DNA from: a virus | Lineage: Duplodnaviria > Caudoviricetes | Length of the DNA stretch: 55,756 nt | IMG/VR virus record: IMGVR_UViG_3300037882_000695 | Span: 1-55,756 of that record | Reading direction: 5' to 3' (one strand) | Program-made: the position numbers and the translations under genes | Shown: positions 1 to 9,190 of the stretch, piece after piece | How positions within the stretch are numbered: the first letter of the stretch is position 1 | How the letters are laid out: each line of letters opens with the position of its first letter | The notes under the pieces: model-generated | Database searches by the model: none | Told to the model about the DNA's origin: nothing | Seen by the model: only the letters and a program-made list of their open reading frames with translations

Positions 1-10
1 GCTTTTTACC
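1..10. repeat. Terminal direct repeat GCTTTTTACC, left copy (cos-like end or circular assembly overlap)
   Basis: Bases 1-10 are identical to 55747-55756. Confidence 0.8.
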
Positions 11-71
11 TGCGCCACCCACCCACCCATCTCGGAGTACCTTTGATGGGGCCACCCCTAGTCACGACTCG

Positions 72-1181
72 TCACTTCACAAACGGCACCAACGGCCGCG
101 GTATCGGCTGTGGCGTGTAAAACTGATTCCCCTTGATCGTTACCGAGTACATCCCAACGCTTGGACCTGCCGTTGTCGTGATCGAATTAACCGCCGCTTG
201 CAGATCGTAACTCGGCGCAACCCTGACAACCGGAATCGAATTACTCACCAGCCCATTGCAGCCTGTGATCCTGATACACTGCGGCACACCACCGTCGAGC
301 GTGACAATACCCGCCTCTGCATCAGCGTCCCTGCCGCAATTCGTTTGGCAGTCCGTAATAGATACCAATTGCCCACGCCACGGATTGACAAGATTCGGCC
401 CGCTGATGTGTCGCACGATTGGCAGTCCACCGTTTTCGCCGCCGTATCGCGTCGTGTCCGTGACGAATGAGCCAGCGTTGTCCACCCAATAGCATTTGGC
501 GTTGCGTCCGTCGATCTGCGGTGGACGTGGCGTCATCACACTGCCAGTAATATTGAGCATCCCGTTCGGGTACAGGCTTTTCGCCCATTTCGTCCCATCA
601 CAGATTGTCGCCCCACGAAACAACACCACCGAGTTTCTGACTTCCGTGTAATCACATCGCGTCAACAGTCCATGCCCACCATCCCAGATGCAGTGATCCA
701 GAATCAGCGACGCGCTCATATGCAGGTCGCCCGTCGTTCCCTGTGCATAGACCGCCACGTCGGACCAGCCTTGAAACGTGCAATCTTTCACAGAAAGCAT
801 TGTCAGATCGACGTCCCCGTTCGCGAACACCAATTGCCGAGACCCCCCAAGGAAGTTCATTCCACGGATTCGATTGCGATAACACCCGCTCAATACCGTT
901 GGCGATGCCGGCACGAAAGTAAACGCGTCTGCCCCCGCAGTCTCCTGAATGACGACCGAGCCTTCGCCGACGACGCACGCGAACCCATTAAACACAATCG
1001 GCGCGGTGATTCGGTACTTGCCGGATGGAAAATAGACCGTTGGTTGACCACCTTGCATTGACCCGCCGGACGGTTGATTCGCTCGCAGTCCGGTCTTTGC
1101 CATGTCGACGGCGGACTGAATCGCAGCGGTATCGTCCGCAATGCCGTCCCCGATGACGCCGAAGTCTTTTACGTCAATCAC
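72..1181 (-). CDS. Tailspike/depolymerase-like beta-helix protein (pectate lyase 3-like N-terminus)
   Basis: N-terminal VKDFGVIGDGIADDTAAIQSA...VYFPSGKYRI motif; start overlaps upstream stop. Confidence 0.8.
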   Translation of the reverse strand: MIDVKDFGVIGDGIADDTAAIQSAVDMAKTGLRANQPSGGSMQGGQPTVYFPSGKYRITAPIVFNGFACVVGEGSVVIQETAGADAFTFVPASPTVLSGCYRNRIRGMNFLGGSRQLVFANGDVDLTMLSVKDCTFQGWSDVAVYAQGTTGDLHMSASLILDHCIWDGGHGLLTRCDYTEVRNSVVLFRGATICDGTKWAKSLYPNGMLNITGSVMTPRPPQIDGRNAKCYWVDNAGSFVTDTTRYGGENGGLPIVRHISGPNLVNPWRGQLVSITDCQTNCGRDADAEAGIVTLDGGVPQCIRITGCNGLVSNSIPVVRVAPSYDLQAAVNSITTTAGPSVGMYSVTIKGNQFYTPQPIPRPLVPFVK

Positions 1182-2770
1182 GACGTTGCCCCCTTGATGA
1201 TGGCGAAGTTGATTACAATCGCGCCTGTTTCCGCCGTCGATGCGTGCTGGTTGTGAACCGTTATATCGAATGACCCAGCCGCAACCGCCGTCACTGCTAC
1301 GGATGTTTCCTTATTCGTCTGGCCAGACTTAATCGTCGGGATTACGGAGTCGTTTGCCCCGACAACCGTATTCGTCACCGTGAACGTGGCGCTCGCACCA
1401 GCTGCAAGGCTTGTCGTGTTTGTGGTGATAGCTCCAGTTGGCCTCGACAATGTGACGCCAGTTGTCCGATTCGTGGCCTGCGTAACCGTCCCGCCTGCTC
1501 CGGTGCCGTAGCCGAGCGTGGCCCCTGAGCGAATCAGCCTTAAATCACCGTTTCCATACACATACACCAGAGACGTTGCCCGGTTGCGAAACTCCGCCAG
1601 TGGAACTGTTGCAGACAGATCGGTATTACCGCCGCCTGTGTTGTGACGACCAAGGAACAAAATCGCCGGATTTGTCGTTGTGTCGACGCCCTTGGTCCCG
1701 AAAAATGAGATCGGGACACCCTCGACACCAGCCTCAATGGTCCCGTTAAACGTCGGGCTGAAAAAGTTCGCGTTTGACGTTCCGTTGTCCAGCGTTAACG
1801 TCGACCCTGAATCTGACACACCAAATGTCAGTAATCTCTCTGCTGTTGATGCCTGAGCGGTGACATTTGCTGTCAATGCGCCGAATCGGTCCACTTTGAA
1901 TACCGACGCAGCAGCAGCAGTCTGAAACTCGAGGAAGTTGCCTGTCGGGCTTGTGTCTGTCGCCCTAGTCGACTTAATCGCTGTGTCACCATTGGCAAGC
2001 TGATTGATAACAGCGTTTCCTGTCAATGCCGCCGAACCGTCGAAGTTATTGCCGTAGATTGCTCGTGCCGTTGCCAGCGATGTCGCTGTTCCCGCATTGC
2101 CAGATACGCTCGTTTGGTCGCCCGTGTTCGTTCCAGAGCTTGCACCAGAACACGTCCCGCCACCGATTACGATAGTCCCGCTGGCGTCCGGTAGCGTGAA
2201 CGTGCGATTTGTTCCAGCCGTGATACTGGCACAACTGAGCGTTGCCGTTTTCGTCGCGTCTGTCCCGTCGCCAATCTTAAGCGTGCCGTAGATGTGAGCG
2301 TTCGTTTGACCGTCCGAACCGATGACGGTTTTATTCGCACCCTCTGGCACAACCGCGTAACCGATCAGGATTTGCCGGTCATGATCGCCTGCCGTGATAT
2401 CCGCACCGACGATGACATTGCTGTCCTTGGTCACGACCCCACTGACGTTGTATCCGGCAACGACGTTCTTATCGCCACTGACAAGATCGGCACAGACCGT
2501 GTTTCCGAAAAGTTGATTGAAGCCGCCGATTGTGATTCCTGTGCCGATGTGCATCCCGACAGCGACGTTGTATGTTCCGCTCGTTGTTGCCGCGAGCCCG
2601 TCGTGAGCGACCGACAAAGAGTCCGTGTCAACAGCCAGTCCGTGCGATACAAGGATTTCCTGCGAGGTCGCATCAACACGTAATGCCGCAACACCACCGA
2701 GCGTGTCCGTTGTCGCGAACTCCGCTGGCTTCCCGTTTGCCCCAGTGCATAACGGTCGTCGAGTCGTCAT
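1178..2770 (-). CDS. Tail/head fibre protein
   Basis: G/T/A/S-rich; TATSLATARAIYGNNFDGSA fibre repeat, RTFTLPDASGT motif, YadA-like NVAVG repeats. Confidence 0.75.
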   Translation of the reverse strand: MTTRRPLCTGANGKPAEFATTDTLGGVAALRVDATSQEILVSHGLAVDTDSLSVAHDGLAATTSGTYNVAVGMHIGTGITIGGFNQLFGNTVCADLVSGDKNVVAGYNVSGVVTKDSNVIVGADITAGDHDRQILIGYAVVPEGANKTVIGSDGQTNAHIYGTLKIGDGTDATKTATLSCASITAGTNRTFTLPDASGTIVIGGGTCSGASSGTNTGDQTSVSGNAGTATSLATARAIYGNNFDGSAALTGNAVINQLANGDTAIKSTRATDTSPTGNFLEFQTAAAASVFKVDRFGALTANVTAQASTAERLLTFGVSDSGSTLTLDNGTSNANFFSPTFNGTIEAGVEGVPISFFGTKGVDTTTNPAILFLGRHNTGGGNTDLSATVPLAEFRNRATSLVYVYGNGDLRLIRSGATLGYGTGAGGTVTQATNRTTGVTLSRPTGAITTNTTSLAAGASATFTVTNTVVGANDSVIPTIKSGQTNKETSVAVTAVAAGSFDITVHNQHASTAETGAIVINFAIIKGATS

Positions 2771-3285
2771 GCGGCCCTCGTGATGAGTTCTTCGAATCCG
2801 CCTGTGTTGACGAGTTCGGTTGCTGACTTCGCGATTCCCAATGGCTGGATAATCACATTTGAGCCTGCTGACGGAACAGTAGCAGTCACTCCACCAGACG
2901 TTCCAAGAAAGTATCTCGCCGCGACCGTCAAGCCTGTAACGCCAGAGTTCGCGCCGTCTGTGTACAGCGTGCCTGATGCGCCGTTTGACACCGCCGCCAA
3001 CACGAATCCATCTGCTTGACGACCGTTGCTGTTGTCGGCCTTTCGACCCTTCAGGGTTGTACTGAGATGCAAGTTGACATAATCACCGGCTGACAGATCC
3101 TCTGACGCGGTGAACGTGATCGTTTCCGGTACAATGCCAACTGGCATCATCGTTGCATCAAGGCGACCAGTCGAATCCAGCGCCGGAATGTTACCAGCGT
3201 TGCCAGCACCGGCAGAAGTTTGTACGGCTCGTTGTTCGGCTGGCTTGCCGTTTGAGCCTGTTTTCAAATACGGATCACCAGCCAT
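2767..3285 (-). CDS. Virion structural protein, capsid cement/DUF2190-like fold
   Basis: ASEDLSAGDYV...ADGFVLAAV...YFLGTSGGVTATVP pattern; translationally coupled to fibre gene. Confidence 0.6.
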   Translation of the reverse strand: MAGDPYLKTGSNGKPAEQRAVQTSAGAGNAGNIPALDSTGRLDATMMPVGIVPETITFTASEDLSAGDYVNLHLSTTLKGRKADNSNGRQADGFVLAAVSNGASGTLYTDGANSGVTGLTVAARYFLGTSGGVTATVPSAGSNVIIQPLGIAKSATELVNTGGFEELITRAA

Positions 3286-3287
3286 GT

Positions 3288-3884
3288 CTAAACCCTTTCG
3301 ATGAGTTCGCCTAATTGAATAAAAATCGTGTCACTTGATTCGACACGCGCAATTGATTGCAGCCAACCGGATGTTGGCGGTGTCTGCGTCAGCACCCCAT
3401 TTCCAACAAATATCCACGGTATAGCCGGATTCCAATTCCACGAATCATCCTGCAATGTTCCGAATGTCTGATTCGTGAACGAGTTGCCTGTAGTCGCTGA
3501 ACTGATTGAGATGCCAGCCAAAAAACCACTGTGATTCGCGTTCGCATTTGAGGCAACGACACCCGCTCCATTCACAACCGCAATCGGCTTTAGCGCCGAT
3601 ATCGTTTCTCCAGCGTCGATAATCTCCGTCGCGTCTGATGTCGCCGATGCCCCTGGTGGACCCTGTGCCGCTGCCGTAACAACCGTGATCGTGGGATTAG
3701 CCGAAACAACAACCGATTCACTCGACTCGCACGTTACATTCGACTGTGTATTCGTGGCTGTAACATCAACCTGTTCATCTGTCACCGCGACAGAAATTTC
3801 CGTAGCCGACGCCACCGCACTCACCGACGTTACTGTCAGCGTTACGGTAATCGGATCTTCGGCGACTTCTACTGTCGTTGTCAT
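3288..3884 (-). CDS. Virion structural protein, cement-like C-terminal domain
   Basis: V/T-rich N-terminus, QGPPG motif, then AGETISALKPI...GVLTQTPPTSG resembling the neighbouring gene. Confidence 0.55.
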   Translation of the reverse strand: MTTTVEVAEDPITVTLTVTSVSAVASATEISVAVTDEQVDVTATNTQSNVTCESSESVVVSANPTITVVTAAAQGPPGASATSDATEIIDAGETISALKPIAVVNGAGVVASNANANHSGFLAGISISSATTGNSFTNQTFGTLQDDSWNWNPAIPWIFVGNGVLTQTPPTSGWLQSIARVESSDTIFIQLGELIERV

Positions 3885-4262
3885 TTAGACCGCAACCAGA
3901 CCAGGTTCGAGCGTGATTTCGCCACCTATCCAACTTCTTTTATTGCTGGACGTGTCGATCAATTGCAGTTGATGGTAAATCGTCGTATATGCGTTGCCGT
4001 ATGTTGCGGACCCAGGAAGTTTACCAGAGACCGTTGACGTGCTGGCACCTGGCGTGATTGTCAGCAGCGTTGCACCAGATCCGCCGCGTCCCGAATCAAT
4101 CAGCGTTGCCAGTGCCGTACCTGTCAATGAATTGGTTGTGCGGACAATCAACGTGCCGCCCCATCCGGTCATGTCGAACGGAAACGTGAATAGGAACCGG
4201 ATGTCGTCACCGGACACCGCTCGACCATTCAGCGTTCCTTGATTCAGATTGAGAGTTGCCAT
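3885..4262 (-). CDS. Putative structural/adaptor protein (BppU-like Ig fold)
   Basis: GDD...FDMTGW...YHQLQL...WIGGEITLEPGL pattern; start moved to MATLNL. Confidence 0.5.
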   Translation of the reverse strand: MATLNLNQGTLNGRAVSGDDIRFLFTFPFDMTGWGGTLIVRTTNSLTGTALATLIDSGRGGSGATLLTITPGASTSTVSGKLPGSATYGNAYTTIYHQLQLIDTSSNKRSWIGGEITLEPGLVAV

Positions 4263-4420
4263 GTACCGACACCCTTCGAATATTCCAAAACAGCCGAACA
4301 ATCAGGCGTTAAAGAATGTAGCGAAACACCTTGTCGATTTGAGCCACGCCAGCGAAGTTTTCAGTAGCGTCTCACCTCGATCACCCCCATCCCATGCGAG
4401 CCGCCCCGCTGTTGTGTGGT

Positions 4421-4765
4421 TTATTTGACTCCGCGAGAACACTTCCGAACGAATCGCTGCACCTGCATTTTTCGTAACCGTTCATGCAATTCGATGTGTT
4501 TCGAATCACTCGCAGCAACTTTCATTGCTGATGGCGGGGTGCACCCGAGCAATTCTTGATTCATCCTGACGATTGCAATGTCGGTGTTAATTTCATTCCT
4601 GAGCCTCAATGCCGCGCCGAGGTCCATCGTCAGCATCATGCGAGCCATCGGGTCTGACTCATTCGCAAACGCCGCTTCGATTTCGTCAATTAGAGCTTCA
4701 GCCGCCGCAAGATCCAGAAGGAGCTCCGCCAATTCCGCTTCCAATTCCTCACAACTAACGCTCAT
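4421..4765 (-). CDS. Hypothetical coiled-coil protein
   Basis: ORF in operon, heptad-like acidic N-terminus. Confidence 0.55.
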   Translation of the reverse strand: MSVSCEELEAELAELLLDLAAAEALIDEIEAAFANESDPMARMMLTMDLGAALRLRNEINTDIAIVRMNQELLGCTPPSAMKVAASDSKHIELHERLRKMQVQRFVRKCSRGVK

Positions 4766-5024
4766 TCTGCTTTTCCCTTATTTCCTCGAACCGACCTTGC
4801 CGCTGATGGAATTGAATACTTTGCGTGATGTTTGCACGAGTCGACCTGAGAGACTCCATTACCTCGCGATGCCGCTCCGCTGCATACTGCCTGTCAGCCC
4901 TGTCTTGCAAAATCATGTACACCAGCGTCATCGCCCACACCAGCAGCATAAACCACTCGATACGCATCATTGCCACGAGAGCACTGACGAGCGATTCACG
5001 TTGGGATGGGATGGGAGTCGTCAT
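4755..5024 (-). CDS. Single-pass membrane protein (lysis-cassette-like)
   Basis: Hydrophobic WFMLLVWAMTLVYMIL followed by a charged coiled coil. Confidence 0.55.
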   Translation of the reverse strand: MTTPIPSQRESLVSALVAMMRIEWFMLLVWAMTLVYMILQDRADRQYAAERHREVMESLRSTRANITQSIQFHQRQGRFEEIREKQNER

Positions 5025-5331
5025 CGATAAACTTTCCTGTTATCGCCACGGCCAACTTGTCGATCTTTCGATGTGTCCCGCGAACCTCATGCCCTAAGCT
5101 GTCCACCGACTTCGACACGCCATTCAGCCCATCGACTAATCCGTGAGTGACCTCCCGATGCAACTGCCGATCCTTTTCGGATTCCGCTGCTGACGTGTCC
5201 ATCAGTTTCGTGATGTGAGCACTGAAAATCCTCGACAGAAGCCAGAACGTCAGGAAAATCCCGCCCATGCCAAACGCAATAAGCTGCAATTGAGTGTCTG
5301 GCAAATCCGACGCCTTCGGGAGCACTTCCAT
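4996..5331 (-). CDS. Holin-like membrane protein (1 TM + coiled coil, BhlA/UviB-like architecture)
   Basis: TM LIAFGMGGIFLTFWLL then charged helix; TAATG coupling to the upstream gene. Confidence 0.55.
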   Translation of the reverse strand: MEVLPKASDLPDTQLQLIAFGMGGIFLTFWLLSRIFSAHITKLMDTSAAESEKDRQLHREVTHGLVDGLNGVSKSVDSLGHEVRGTHRKIDKLAVAITGKFIDDDSHPIPT

Positions 5332-5537
5332 TATTTGGGCTCTCCACCAGGCGGATTCATCTTGATGAGCACAGTGAACGTCGTCCACAGACCGGCGAAC
5401 GTGTATACCGCCTTTTTGACATCAACCTGATTAAACTCGTTCTGGTACGATGTCGCATCCACGAAAAACAGCGCGATAGCAAACACCGCCGCGAGCACGA
5501 CAGCGAGCAGATATTTCAGCAGGTCCATTTTGTCCAT
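5331..5537 (-). CDS. Small two-TM membrane protein (holin-like)
   Basis: Two hydrophobic helices in 68 aa. Confidence 0.55.
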   Translation of the reverse strand: MDKMDLLKYLLAVVLAAVFAIALFFVDATSYQNEFNQVDVKKAVYTFAGLWTTFTVLIKMNPPGGEPK

Positions 5538-5550
5538 CAATCGCACTCCG

Positions 5551-5877
5551 TTACCGTGTGTAAACTGGTGGTGACACGTCCGGTGAATTATCATCAAACA
5601 ACTCAGTAATCACCAGTTCGATAGAATCCCGAACACTGACGTTTGATTCCCTTGCCCTATGCAAAATCAATTGCACTTCCGCCGAACGAATCCGCTCCAA
5701 CAGTGCTCTTTTCAACCCATCGAACTCAACTGCGCTTCCGATATCATTTGATCGAAACGAACGACACAACTCAGTCCACTTGCGATATGATGCCATTCGT
5801 TTCTCCGCACCGTAAAACAATCTCTCCGCGATTGTCCGCAGTCGTCGCCAGATGTCAACATTGGTTCGGCTGGTCAC
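5551..5877 (-). CDS. Hypothetical protein
   Basis: Co-oriented ORF filling the operon. Confidence 0.45.
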   Translation of the reverse strand: MTSRTNVDIWRRLRTIAERLFYGAEKRMASYRKWTELCRSFRSNDIGSAVEFDGLKRALLERIRSAEVQLILHRARESNVSVRDSIELVITELFDDNSPDVSPPVYTR

Positions 5878-6153
5878 TCGGTTTTGCTGGATGTTCGCGG
5901 CATAGATGGTTTCGGCGAGTTATTCTTCGTCTTCATCTTCCGTGGTAAATAGGTTTTCAACACGACGGATGATGTGTTCAGGAATTGTCTGCTCTCGCAT
6001 CCTCGCGTCCCACCCGTCATCTGGACGGTTCCCACATCCATGCTTTTCTCCAACGGTAAACAATGGAGGATCACTGTAAACCCTGCCATGAGATGTTTCG
6101 ATGAATGGCCATATCTGGAAAGCAGCGCCTCGAAATTTGTCGCGGACGCATTC

Positions 6154-6849
6154 TCACTCCACCTTTGCCTGAGCCCCAACGAATTCGCCATCGGCCATCT
6201 TGACCACGAAAAACGGGTAAACGAATCGCCCGCTGTTGTTCAGTCGTACCAGTTCGTTCCATGTCGCCACGTCAATTTCACTGTCGGCAGGTCGCGTCTT
6301 GTCCATGTAGCAATAGACGTATTTCAGTTCGGCAGTTCCATCGCCGTGCTTTTGCTTGAACAGGCGGCACGGGTAGCACGTTGTTGAACCGACGACATAC
6401 ACCGTCTTTTGAGAAACCGGCGCTCGAACGACCTGCTGGAGTGAGGCAGCAGGAGAGGTTGTCGAACGAGCGCCGGGCGCGGCGGTTCTGTTGATTACGT
6501 ACTGTTCGCGGCCACACTTCGGGCAGTTGTGACTCACTGGGCCTTTTTGCGGATCGTGCCACCATTCGTGGTTGCAGCGTGGATTTGAGCACAGGTGCGA
6601 ATGCAGGTCTGATTGTTCTGGCTTGGATGATGGCTTCGATGGTGCTGATGGTTCAGAGATCAACGGGGCGCGAGGAATCGGGGCGCGGGGTCGGTCGTCT
6701 GCAAAGCACTGGGCGACACGAATACCGAGTAATACCCCTATCACCGCCAGTGACCACCAAATAGCTTTTGCGAAACGATGGTATCGCTCAAGCGCGGCGA
6801 GTCCGCGACGATCTTCGTCGAGCAATCTATCTCGCAACAGGTCGCTCAT
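6154..6849 (-). CDS. Membrane-anchored protein with His/Cys metal-binding motif and thioredoxin-like CxxC domain
   Basis: TM segment, HSHLCSNPRCNHEWWH...HNCPKC, VYVVGSTTCYPC; ATGA overlap with the peptidase gene. Confidence 0.65.
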   Translation of the reverse strand: MSDLLRDRLLDEDRRGLAALERYHRFAKAIWWSLAVIGVLLGIRVAQCFADDRPRAPIPRAPLISEPSAPSKPSSKPEQSDLHSHLCSNPRCNHEWWHDPQKGPVSHNCPKCGREQYVINRTAAPGARSTTSPAASLQQVVRAPVSQKTVYVVGSTTCYPCRLFKQKHGDGTAELKYVYCYMDKTRPADSEIDVATWNELVRLNNSGRFVYPFFVVKMADGEFVGAQAKVE

Positions 6850-8771
6850 TTCACCGTTCCTGAGCCATGTTGACCGACAGGAATTGCGTACACCTGATGA
6901 TATTTCATGGTTTCGCGGACATGCTCGTATCCGATCCATCCACAGCCGCGAACTCCGTGCTGTAGCCCCCAGTTCATAATCACCTTGCCCTGAATATCTC
7001 CCCTGCTGTTCAACCGCGAGTCGGACTGAGCGACCGCATGATTTCCCGGCCCCTGGTCAATTCCGAGAACGTCACCGTTCAACCGCTCAAAGTTCCGGCC
7101 GACCTGAACCGCGATGACGGTAAAAAACGGACCAGCCCACGCGGTAATCAGTTCATCCCACGAATGTATCAACAGCGGAGCGTCGACTTTGAACAACGCG
7201 GCTTCAGTGTCAAATCGTCGCGTGTCGTTGCGATAGATCAGATTCCACGGACAGGACACCAGTGACGGCAAACCATATTCCTGACCGACCTGAAACGCCC
7301 GAAACAGTTCGCTGCCCTGGTCTCTTCCGTTGTTCATCAAACTGTAGGCATATGACCCCGACCGCTTCGTGAGCTTCGTGTTCCCTCCAGCATAGGCAGC
7401 GCGCCACGCTGCATTGGCGAGAGCATAGCCATTACAATTATGAACTCCAACTCCCTCCACGACGTAGCTGTGGTCTTCTTCTACCTCAATATTGTAAACG
7501 ACGCCATTGAATGGTTCTGCCTCGATCTTGTCGACACGACGCCACATGACGGACTCGGTTTTCCTTGCTCGTGACTTCGCATCTGGATTTGACGGCCAAG
7601 CAACGATATACCGCAAATGTCGATGCTTTATTTTGTGCTTCGGATTAATCTTTACCTGAAGAGTCTCCACTGTTGGATTTTTTCCGATGGCATTCGCGAT
7701 GTCGTACATGTTCATTGCCAGTGCATGCGATACCGTCACGCCGCCACATCGCTCCGCCTCCCCTAATCCGTCTCCGGCCTGCCATCCGTTCAGCATCGCC
7801 GTCAAGAAATCGCGTGGTCCGCTTGAGATATCTGGATGCAGGCTTTTTATCGCCGACCCAGACCCGAATAGATTTTCGAATAGATGGCACCATCCACTGC
7901 CATAGACCTTCACGTCGCACGTTCGTTTTTTGCCACGATTCACGCAGACATTTGTCTTTACGCCAAACTCATTCATCCACAAATCACACAACTCTGCCAC
8001 CAGCGTGTCGACTTCATTTTCATTGAATGTGAATGTTATTTTTCCACAGGAAATCGAGCCCTCCGCAAGATACAGCCCGCAAATCCTGCCAAAAGATTCG
8101 TTCAATACAATAAGTTCTGGAACCGGAGTTCGACGAACTTCTGTCTGAGGCTTTCCGGGAAGACCACCGACTTTGCTACTTGCAACGTGAGCGTATGTGC
8201 GGCGCTGGATCGTGTGAGTCGTTTGTTCGAGATACTCCGCTGGAACGATTGATTCAACCAGTTCCGGCATATATCGAGGAATCGCTACCCAATCGTCATT
8301 TCGTAGGTCGATTGCCGCAACATATCCGCGATTTTCCGTGAGAAAAGGATGCTCTGCCGTGCATCGAATATGCCGATTGCCCCAGATGCAAACGCGAATC
8401 ACGTCTCCGCGATGGTCTTTTACCATCGTCCTCATGACTCGTTTTGTGCGACCCTCTGCCGTCAAAACACTATCAAGCAACCTGACATGCTCAATTGGTT
8501 TTTGCGACCCATCAGCCATACGGACGAGAGTTCCAGGTGGGAAGCACGAACCGTGTGACCCCTGATTCTCTTCCCCCTCGCCCGGAAACAGCGTCTCAGC
8601 CTTCCATGTTCGAGCAGCAATCGCGGTTCGGCATTGGTCCAACGTCCACACCGGAAACGCTGACGCAAACGCGACGAGTCCGCTATCGGCTGGCGGTTTC
8701 GACGGCATTGACCCGCAGCGACGGATGACGCCGAATTGGTCCTCGATTTCGTCGGGTTGGTAGTCGCTCAT
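6846..8771 (-). CDS. Papain-like (C1) cysteine peptidase containing an intein
   Basis: Spliced exteins give NQGSHGS|CNGYA (QGxxGSC); downstream GNHAV (His) and MNWG (Asn). Confidence 0.85.
   Translation of the reverse strand: MSDYQPDEIEDQFGVIRRCGSMPSKPPADSGLVAFASAFPVWTLDQCRTAIAARTWKAETLFPGEGEENQGSHGSCFPPGTLVRMADGSQKPIEHVRLLDSVLTAEGRTKRVMRTMVKDHRGDVIRVCIWGNRHIRCTAEHPFLTENRGYVAAIDLRNDDWVAIPRYMPELVESIVPAEYLEQTTHTIQRRTYAHVASSKVGGLPGKPQTEVRRTPVPELIVLNESFGRICGLYLAEGSISCGKITFTFNENEVDTLVAELCDLWMNEFGVKTNVCVNRGKKRTCDVKVYGSGWCHLFENLFGSGSAIKSLHPDISSGPRDFLTAMLNGWQAGDGLGEAERCGGVTVSHALAMNMYDIANAIGKNPTVETLQVKINPKHKIKHRHLRYIVAWPSNPDAKSRARKTESVMWRRVDKIEAEPFNGVVYNIEVEEDHSYVVEGVGVHNCNGYALANAAWRAAYAGGNTKLTKRSGSYAYSLMNNGRDQGSELFRAFQVGQEYGLPSLVSCPWNLIYRNDTRRFDTEAALFKVDAPLLIHSWDELITAWAGPFFTVIAVQVGRNFERLNGDVLGIDQGPGNHAVAQSDSRLNSRGDIQGKVIMNWGLQHGVRGCGWIGYEHVRETMKYHQVYAIPVGQHGSGTVK
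7437..8546 (-). mobile_element. Intein (370 aa) with LAGLIDADG homing endonuclease
   Basis: Block A CFPPGTLV, block B CTAEHPF, blocks F/G VYNIEVEEDHSYVVEGVGVHN followed by Cys+1; motifs GLYLAEGS and LNGWQAGDG. Confidence 0.93.
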
Positions 8772-9190
8772 CAAAGTACCTCGGCGAGATAGAACACGAT
8801 TCCTTGGCAGTACGGTTCACCATCCTCAAGAATCGTAAACGTCGAATGAGGAATGCCAGTTTCATATTCCCACGTCGCTACAGAGTCCTTTCGATCCCAG
8901 TAAATGCGAATCAACTGAGCTTTGTTGAGCAGGTCCTTGAACCCGCAATACTCGCACTCACAATCGCGGTGATTTGGAAGTAACTTACCATTGACGATTG
9001 GAATCGTCCCGCCGCCGTAGCAGCCCCATTCGTCTTCAATTGCCCCTCGAAACTCGCAGAGGTCATCTGAGGCACCATACACGACTACTAGCCCATTTTC
9101 TTTTGCTAGCTTTTCTTCGGCGCGGTCCAGTTCATCACCAATTTCGCGACCGTCAAGAAGCTTCGCGAACTGTTCTCGTGTCATCGCCAT
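8771..9190 (-). CDS. Conserved phage hypothetical protein
   Basis: GLVVVYGASDDL.EFRGAI.DE motif that I recognise from phage proteins; TGATG coupling. Confidence 0.7.
   Translation of the reverse strand: MAMTREQFAKLLDGREIGDELDRAEEKLAKENGLVVVYGASDDLCEFRGAIEDEWGCYGGGTIPIVNGKLLPNHRDCECEYCGFKDLLNKAQLIRIYWDRKDSVATWEYETGIPHSTFTILEDGEPYCQGIVFYLAEVL

Noticed and set aside
72-2770. Diversity-generating retroelement acting on the fibre genes
   Set aside because: No reverse transcriptase ORF and no template/variable repeat pair seen.
5874-6191. 105-aa ORF between the CxxC protein and the holin-like genes
   Set aside because: Several competing short frames and no motif; I could not decide which, if any, is real.
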